In this document: positions 26,277-31,536 of the stretch, piece by piece | Position numbering within the stretch: position 1 is the first letter of the stretch | How the letters are laid out: each line of letters opens with the position of its first letter | NCBI GenBank assembly: GCA_025363325.1 | Contig: JANYEF010000144.1 | Location: forward strand, 1-31,536 | Source of the DNA: Nitrospira sp. | GTDB taxonomy: Bacteria > Nitrospirota > Nitrospiria > Nitrospirales > Nitrospiraceae | Reading direction: 5' to 3' | Length of the DNA stretch: 31,536 nt | The notes under the pieces: generated by a model | What the model saw: the letters and a program-made list of their open reading frames with translations, nothing else | Told to the model about the DNA's origin: nothing | Database searches by the model: none | Position numbers and translations under genes: made by a program

Positions 26277-28265
26277 ATGAAGGTTGACGCAACCACATGC
26301 CAAGACTTCGAGCAGGCACTGGGCCTTGAGTGGCTAGAAACCAACGGCCGCGGCGGATTTGCGTCTGGCACGGTCGCGGGCGCGAATACCAGGCGCTACC
26401 ATGCGTTGCTGCTGACGGCGCGCAAGCCGCCAAGTGAACGGTTTGCCCTCGTGAATCACCTCGAAGAATGGATCGATATCGAAGGCCAATCCTATCCTCT
26501 CTCGACCAATCTCTACCCCAATGCCATTCACCCGGAAGGGTACAAACAATGCACGGTCTTCACGACAGACCCCTGGCCGACCTGGACTTATGACTGCCAA
26601 GGCACGGTCGTGCAACGAGAAGTCTTCTGCGTGCGCGACCGCGACCTAGTGGTCATCCGATGGACGTTCGCCAGAAAGACCAAGAAGGCGATCACGTTGC
26701 GCGTGCGACCGATGGTGAGCGGGCGCGACTATCACGCAACCCATCATATAAACGACAGTCTGGCCACCACCGCCACGGTGGTAGATGGACTCGTGGCCTG
26801 GCGCCCCTACGGCGAGTTGTCATCGGTACAGGCGTTCCAGACCGGCAGGTATCGCCATGACCCGACGTGGTTTCGCACCGTCCAATTCCCGACTGAACAG
26901 GAACGAGGACTCGATTTCGAAGAAGATTGGTGGTCGCCCGGCGAGTTCACCTACCAGCTCGATCAGGGAGTCGTTGCGACTTTGGTCCTCACCACCGAGT
27001 CAATCGACTCGGTGGATGTCGCGGCTTTGGCCCAGAGTGAACGGAAGAGACGAACGGATCTTCGAGCTGCGGCCCCAACCACTGATCCATTAGCTGGCGA
27101 ACTCTGGTGCGCTGTGGAGGCCTATCTCGCTGCGCGAGGCAGCCGACAGACCGTCATTGCCGGCTACCCCTGGTTCATCGACTGGGGACGCGACACCTTC
27201 ATCTCTCTGCCGGGGCTCTGCCTGGTGACAGGCCGGTGGGAAACCGCCTGGCAAACGATCGAATCGTTCGCCGCGCATATCTCGCAGGGCATGGTCCCGA
27301 ACCGCTTCCCAGACATCGGCGAGCAGCCGGAGTACAACACGATTGACGCCTCACTCTGGTTTGTCCACGCAATTGAACGGTATTGGGCCTATACCAAGGA
27401 CGAAGCGCGCGTCCGTGCAGTAGCTTGGCCTGCGGTAAAACACATCATCGACGGCTATCGACAAGGCACGCGCTATCACATTCATAAGGATGAAGACGGG
27501 CTCATTGCCGGGGGCGTGCCCGGCGTGCAACTCACGTGGATGGATGCGAAAATCGGCAATTGGGTCGTCACGCCGCGTCATGGAAAGCCAGTCGAGATTC
27601 AAGCGCTGTGGGCAAGAGCCTTGGAAATCGGAGCACATCTTGCCACGGAATTCGGCGAGCCGTCCTATGCGGTGCGTTGTCGAGAAGATCGCACGCAGGC
27701 CGTGGCATCTTTCCGCGCGAAGTTCTGGAACGAAGCAGGCGGCTTTCTCTACGACGTGATCGACGGACCGGAGGGCAACGATGCATCGATTCGCCCCAAC
27801 CAAATCTACGCCATCGCCCTCTGCAACGACCTCGTGACCAATGAACAGGCCCGGAAGATTCTCCGGATCGTGGAGGACCAACTGCTCACACCGGTGGGAC
27901 TACGGACACTCTCGCCAAAGGACAGCCGCTACCGCCCACGGTACATAGGCGGGGTGGTGGAGCGAGACGGAGCCTATCATCAAGGGACAGTCTGGCCGTT
28001 TCTATTGGGGCCGTTTGTCACGGCCTGGCTAAAGGTCAACGGCAACAGCTCGGCGAAGAGAGCAGAGGCGCGGGCGTTTCTCCACGGGCTGGAGGCCCAT
28101 CTCCATGACGCCTGTCTCGGCCAGGTCTCGGAGATTTTTGACGCGGAAGCGCCGCACCACGCAAGGGGTTGCTTTGCGCAGGCCTGGTCGGTTGCAGAAC
28201 CGCTCCGCGCCTTGATCGAAGACCTCGGCATCGCAGCCAGTACCCAGCCAGCCCTATCGAAATAG
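26277..28265 (+). CDS. Amylo-alpha-1,6-glucosidase / archaeal-type glycogen debranching enzyme (GH133-like)
   Basis: EWLETNGRGGFASGT, IAGYPWFIDWGRDTFISLPGL, TWMDAK, RPNQ, AYHQGTVWPFL and QAWSVAE. Confidence 0.9.
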   Translation: MKVDATTCQDFEQALGLEWLETNGRGGFASGTVAGANTRRYHALLLTARKPPSERFALVNHLEEWIDIEGQSYPLSTNLYPNAIHPEGYKQCTVFTTDPWPTWTYDCQGTVVQREVFCVRDRDLVVIRWTFARKTKKAITLRVRPMVSGRDYHATHHINDSLATTATVVDGLVAWRPYGELSSVQAFQTGRYRHDPTWFRTVQFPTEQERGLDFEEDWWSPGEFTYQLDQGVVATLVLTTESIDSVDVAALAQSERKRRTDLRAAAPTTDPLAGELWCAVEAYLAARGSRQTVIAGYPWFIDWGRDTFISLPGLCLVTGRWETAWQTIESFAAHISQGMVPNRFPDIGEQPEYNTIDASLWFVHAIERYWAYTKDEARVRAVAWPAVKHIIDGYRQGTRYHIHKDEDGLIAGGVPGVQLTWMDAKIGNWVVTPRHGKPVEIQALWARALEIGAHLATEFGEPSYAVRCREDRTQAVASFRAKFWNEAGGFLYDVIDGPEGNDASIRPNQIYAIALCNDLVTNEQARKILRIVEDQLLTPVGLRTLSPKDSRYRPRYIGGVVERDGAYHQGTVWPFLLGPFVTAWLKVNGNSSAKRAEARAFLHGLEAHLHDACLGQVSEIFDAEAPHHARGCFAQAWSVAEPLRALIEDLGIAASTQPALSK

Positions 28266-28320
28266 CCCTGACGGCCCGCAACAGTCTGGCGAAGCCGGAC
28301 CGTGAATCCTTCAGAGCGTC

Positions 28321-28454
28321 CGGGGTATTCTCTTTCGCCGAATACCCCGTAGCTTGCTGCGGGGATGAAGGCGAGGAGAACCCTCCATAGCCTTGGCGAA
28401 GGAGGGTAGCGGCTTCGGAGAATTTCGCAGGATTCCCCGCAGCTTGCTGCAGGG
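28321..28454. repeat. Cluster of REP-like palindromes between convergent genes
   Basis: CGGGGTATTC/GAATACCCCG perfect 10-bp stem (28321-28349); CCCCGTAGCTTGCTGCGGGG (28345-28364) and near-copy CCCCGCAGCTTGCTGCAGGG (28435-28454); CCCTCC...GGAGGG (28381-28406). Confidence 0.65.
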
Positions 28455-28458
28455 AGCT

Positions 28459-29298
28459 TCATACCCCGATCGTGTCGATCACCTGCATGTCTTCAGCGGT
28501 GAGGGTGAGCTGTTCCGCTTGAAGATCCTCTTTCATATGTTGTGGGTTCGTGGTACCGGTCAACGGGAGCATCCCGACCTGCATCGCATACCGAAAGACG
28601 ACTTGTGCGAGCCCGGCCCCTAACCGTTGGGCAATGGCCCGAATGGCTGGATCGGCAAAGATTCCTTGATTCGCGGTCAACAGCGAAAAGCCTTGATAGA
28701 TGATGCCATGGGCCCGGCAGATCTCTCGCACCTCTTTGTCCCATCCCAATGCGGCATAACAGCGGTTTTGCACCATCATGGGTTTCACCGCTGCCTGGGC
28801 ACAGAGCTGGGTGAGTTGCTCGGCCGTGACATTGCTGATGCCGATCATTTTCGCTTTCCCTGACTGATAGAACCCTTCGATGGCGGCCCACACCTCCCGA
28901 TCCGCATCTCCCAATCCCTGCCGCTGATAGGGCCCATGCAAGACATAGGAGTCCAGATAGTCGGTATGCAGGTGGGCCAACGAACTGTTGAAGGACTGTG
29001 TCACTTGGGCGGTGAGAGTCGCCGAGGCATCGTAGGGAGTGCGATGGTCCTGGCCATTCGTCGGCGTAAACTTGGTTTGAAGAAAGAGGCGATCTCGCGT
29101 GATCCCTTGCTGCGCGAGGGCCAGCAGGGCCTCCCCCACCAGCGCTTCCTGGTAATGGATCAGTTGGTTGGCCGTGTCGATGGCTCTGAAGCCTGCCACC
29201 ACGGCTAACTGCACCAATTGCGTCGTGGCCTCTTTTTTCCACGCCGTGCCATACATGAACGAAGGAACCGGCACATTGTTATAGGCGGTCAAGGGCAT
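28459..29298 (-). CDS. Aldo/keto reductase
   Basis: YGTAW, GFRAIDTA..Y, LFLQTKF, YLDSYVLHGP and IGISNV (D-Y-K-H tetrad). ATG at 29298 has a GGAG RBS; the ORF-track extension to 29490 is repeat DNA. Confidence 0.92.
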   Translation of the reverse strand: MPLTAYNNVPVPSFMYGTAWKKEATTQLVQLAVVAGFRAIDTANQLIHYQEALVGEALLALAQQGITRDRLFLQTKFTPTNGQDHRTPYDASATLTAQVTQSFNSSLAHLHTDYLDSYVLHGPYQRQGLGDADREVWAAIEGFYQSGKAKMIGISNVTAEQLTQLCAQAAVKPMMVQNRCYAALGWDKEVREICRAHGIIYQGFSLLTANQGIFADPAIRAIAQRLGAGLAQVVFRYAMQVGMLPLTGTTNPQHMKEDLQAEQLTLTAEDMQVIDTIGV

Positions 29299-29317
29299 GT
29301 TGTGTTCTCCAAGATGA

Positions 29318-29445
29318 GCAGGATGCCGAAAAAGCCGGCAGGTCCAGAGACCGTGGCACGTGAAGCGCGAGACGTTCGAGAAAGGCGCGATCCGAAATTC
29401 AAAGTTCAACAAACCTCGAACTTCGGACCTCGAACCCTCGCCCGT
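29318..29445. repeat. Third, partial copy of the MITE-like end followed by heptamer arrays
   Basis: GCAGGATGCCGAAAAAGCCGG at 29318, then CGTGAAG-CGCGAGA-CGTTCGA (29359-29379) and CTCGAAC-TTCGGAC-CTCGAAC-CCTCGCC (29415-29442). No matching second end found. Confidence 0.5.
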
Positions 29446-29494
29446 CGTGCCAGAATAGTGTTCCCGCAGACTGCGGGGGGCACGCTGCAAGCCG

Positions 29495-30103
29495 TCACAA
29501 AGAGGCTGGGCGACTGGCCCGGATGAGATCCGACACAGGGTAGCCCAGCTGTTGGGCTCGCTCTACCAAACGCCGATACGTGATCTCATCCAGCTGAGGG
29601 GTTCGTGACAGAATCCAGAGGAATCGACGATCTGGAGTACCCACCATCGCGGTCCGGTATTCCTGATCGAGATCGAGAACCCAATAGTTCCCCTCGCGGG
29701 ATGAGCCAAACAGCTGCGCGAACCAGTTGTCGAATACCACTGTGAGTCGCGTGTTCGTCTTGGTATCGACCACCGTCGCCACTCCCTCTGCCTGCTCAAG
29801 CCCGCCAGTATCCGTCACGCACTCATTGTGCACGCCGATTGCCCCATCAGGACGGCTGGAATACGTCGCCTTGGAGTCCACACAGTGACGCTGGAACCAC
29901 ATCGGGAGCCGCGCAATTTCATACCACGTGCCGACATAGCGCGAAAGATCCACCGACACGACCGTCGGTAGCTCAGCTCTCGAATCCACTCCCGCGCAGG
30001 CCCCCAGCGTGAAGCACAAGCCCGTGAGCGCGAGACGGGCGCTCACAGAACCTGCGCGGTTGGCGCCATGTCGTATGAGCGATTTTCTCATCGTTATCAG
30101 CAT
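29495..30103 (-). CDS. blc: Outer-membrane lipocalin (Blc family) lipoprotein
   Basis: Lipobox LGA-C, VDLSRYVGTWYEIARLP..FQ..C, YWVLDLD..Y..AMVG.P and LWILSRTPQL. ATG at 30103 has a GGGAG RBS. Confidence 0.88.
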   Translation of the reverse strand: MLITMRKSLIRHGANRAGSVSARLALTGLCFTLGACAGVDSRAELPTVVSVDLSRYVGTWYEIARLPMWFQRHCVDSKATYSSRPDGAIGVHNECVTDTGGLEQAEGVATVVDTKTNTRLTVVFDNWFAQLFGSSREGNYWVLDLDQEYRTAMVGTPDRRFLWILSRTPQLDEITYRRLVERAQQLGYPVSDLIRASRPASL

Positions 30104-30288
30104 CTGATTCTCCCTCGCAGCAGGCCGCGGCCCCCAAGGCGTCCCAAGAGCAACGCTACTTCCGAACGGCGATCCCATGGGTATCCGCCGTTTCTAATCC
30201 ATCTTTCATATTCGTGATGACCGCTGACTGCTTAAGAAGACAAGGTTGGCCTCTGCTCGCCAGATCGTGAATGGTCATGTTGGGCTCT

Positions 30289-30563
30289 TCAACCAGACCT
30301 GACAGATGCGAATACGGTCGCATGCTGACATGCACTGACCTTCGCACCCATAGGAAAGGATACAGAGCAAGAGGATTCAGACGAGAGATCAATGGCCCAA
30401 CCTTCTCGGATGAGATCCACTTTGCCAATAGGCTGGCCGGGAGCAAGTTGGAAATACTGGACAAGAATATCGTGCCCTCAGTCAGGTTAGGAGCGGTAGC
30501 TTGCGACTGGGTGGCGGAAAAGAAGAAGAGCGCGAGAAGAAGCGGAACACTGACGGCCCGCAC
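30289..30563 (-). pseudogene. Possible frameshifted small secreted protein
   Basis: GTG-start signal peptide MRAVSVPLLLALFFFSATQSQA. A protein-like continuation appears in another frame from 30477 (GHDILVQYFQLAPGQPIGKVDLIREGWAID...) to a TGA at 30291-30289. No RBS or family recognised. Confidence 0.25.
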
Positions 30564-30789
30564 CGGATCGTTTCAGAATTTGAGCGATCCGGCAATGTGG
30601 GAGGCAGCCATTCACACCGTCGCCCAGACACATTACAGCAAGTCTGACTGCCTGGACATCGAGCCGACCTCGACGCGGTGCATCGCCACCGCGTTTGCGA
30701 GGTCGAGCGCCCCTTGCATGATCGTGGCGCGAAGAAAGAATACCGCATTGGATTCTGACTTTCGTCTCCGAGATTGTAGCAGAAACGTG

Positions 30790-30807
30790 CATGAATAATG
30801 CGGGTTA
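30790..30807 (+). repeat. 18-bp inverted repeat, copy A
   Basis: CATGAATAATGCGGGTTA is the exact reverse complement of 31512-31529 and includes the TAA stop of the bracketed gene. Confidence 0.75.
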
Positions 30808-31470
30808 AGGCCCGGTTTGAGATGACGTACGGTTGGCGGTGCTCTGCAAATCCATCTCGAACAGGACCGCACTGGCGGGTTCCTTGGGATCGAGCCGGAT
30901 CGGCATCCGATCGACAACCAGCTTGATTAAGGGCACCGCAATGATATGCGGAGCCTTGTCCGATGGATTGGAATAGAGCCCGAGCCGGACATTCTTCGGC
31001 CGCTGGCTGGGCGTCAACTGAGACTTGAGGTCTGCCTCCACGAATCCCACCAGCAGACCGCTGCCGTCGGCGAGCTTATGGATCTCATAGGCATTGGAGG
31101 TAGGCGGCATCTGTTCCAACGGGAGATCCGGACTCCGCGTGATCAAGGCCATTCCCAGGAGCTTTGAGGGAATAAAGCCAAAGCTCCCCGTTGGCGCGAT
31201 CGAGAAGCGGATCACCGAGGTGGAGGCACTGAGTGCGACGACCCCGTTCTTGGCCCGTAATTGACGCCGCAGCTCCGCTTCGCTTCCGGGCGTCTCGATG
31301 TAGACCACCGCCGGTGCAGCTTTTTGCACGGGCAACACCTCTGTCTTGCCTCCTTGTGCCGCCACGAGCGAGGCCGGAACGAGGCTCAGGAGGGTCAGGA
31401 CTAGCAGCGTACCGGCGATGAGGTAATGGGCGGACAGGGTTCGAGTTTTTCGTGCGACGATGTCAAACAT
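30805..31470 (-). CDS. Hypothetical secreted protein
   Basis: AGGAGG RBS before the ATG at 31470; signal peptide (HYLIAGTLLVLTLLSLVPASLVAA-Q); 221-aa open frame; no family recognised. Confidence 0.72.
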   Translation of the reverse strand: MFDIVARKTRTLSAHYLIAGTLLVLTLLSLVPASLVAAQGGKTEVLPVQKAAPAVVYIETPGSEAELRRQLRAKNGVVALSASTSVIRFSIAPTGSFGFIPSKLLGMALITRSPDLPLEQMPPTSNAYEIHKLADGSGLLVGFVEADLKSQLTPSQRPKNVRLGLYSNPSDKAPHIIAVPLIKLVVDRMPIRLDPKEPASAVLFEMDLQSTANRTSSQTGP

Positions 31471-31511
31471 GGGTGCGAGTCCTCCTGGTGCGGAAAAAAA
31501 GAACGAGTCCC

Positions 31512-31529
31512 TAACCCGCATTATTCATG
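31512..31529 (+). repeat. 18-bp inverted repeat, copy B
   Basis: TAACCCGCATTATTCATG, exact reverse complement of 30790-30807. Confidence 0.75.
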
Positions 31530-31536
31530 AACACTT

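Noticed and set aside
3610-27881. Many long antisense or overlapping ORFs (for example 1604-2416, 3610-4077, 7423-8130, 16698-17429, 19955-20653, 21765-22637, 24500-25423, 27351-27881)
   Set aside because: They are shadow frames of well-supported genes, as expected in GC-rich DNA, with no motifs or RBS.
27980-28462. 160-aa minus-strand ORF starting MKLPAASCGE
   Set aside because: Its N-terminus is the translation of the REP-like palindromes, and the rest is antisense to the debranching enzyme.
23015-29445. CRISPR array
   Set aside because: Repeats are palindromes or 6-7-bp periodic units, not 25-45-bp direct repeats with unique spacers, and no cas genes are present.
29299-29490. 64-aa N-terminal extension of the aldo/keto reductase in the ORF track
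   Set aside because: It translates repeat DNA; the SD-supported start is 29298. Similar over-long starts were trimmed for tlyA, atpB, atpZ, pabC, the lipoprotein, blc and the last gene.
30370-30480. Thermonuclease (SNase)-like similarity in LIREGWA
   Set aside because: Only a 7-residue resemblance; the DGDT, RL.GID.PE and D.YGR motifs are absent.
30665-30705. c-di-GMP-I riboswitch (GCAAAC followed by a stem with a GCGA loop)
   Set aside because: The conserved GACGCAAAG junction and tetraloop-receptor stem are missing.
1-31536. tRNA, rRNA, transposase, integrase or phage genes
   Set aside because: No cloverleaf, rRNA signature or DDE/HUH/tyrosine-recombinase motif was recognised by eye; a tRNAscan/HMM run would be needed to exclude divergent cases.

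Overview
Gene-dense, fairly GC-rich bacterial chromosome window. Gene order and content resemble Nitrospira/Nitrospirota, which is an inference and not a database result. Bases 1-23015 are core housekeeping DNA. A minus-strand run reads zapB-like, zapA, candidate 6S RNA, rny, ymdB, xseA, xseB, tlyA and a partial NAD-dependent epimerase. It is followed by a TPR/Slt lytic transglycosylase, rlmN, an M16 peptidase pair, larE, an F0-only ATP synthase operon (atpZ/I-B-E-F), pabB-pabC-like genes, a second lytic transglycosylase, nadB, a lipoprotein, a 31-aa bS22/COX24-like ORF missing from the ORF track, a DUF6812-like ORF and an MsbA-like ABC transporter. From about 23015 onward the content looks accessory: two (alpha/alpha)6 glycoside hydrolases, an aldo/keto reductase, a lipocalin and secreted hypotheticals. 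Nearly every intergenic gap there holds a palindromic repeat: a MITE-like element with about 26-bp terminal inverted repeats, 7-bp-periodic hairpins, REP-like palindromes, and a perfect 18-bp inverted repeat bracketing the last gene. No rRNA, tRNA, CRISPR array, transposase or integrase was recognised. I found no clearly new multi-gene system. The best leads are the modular repeat family, the inverted-repeat-bracketed gene, a probable ACG start for xseA, an Asp-to-Glu change in the RNase Y HD site, an orphan [4Fe-4S]-type LarE and two structured non-coding regions.
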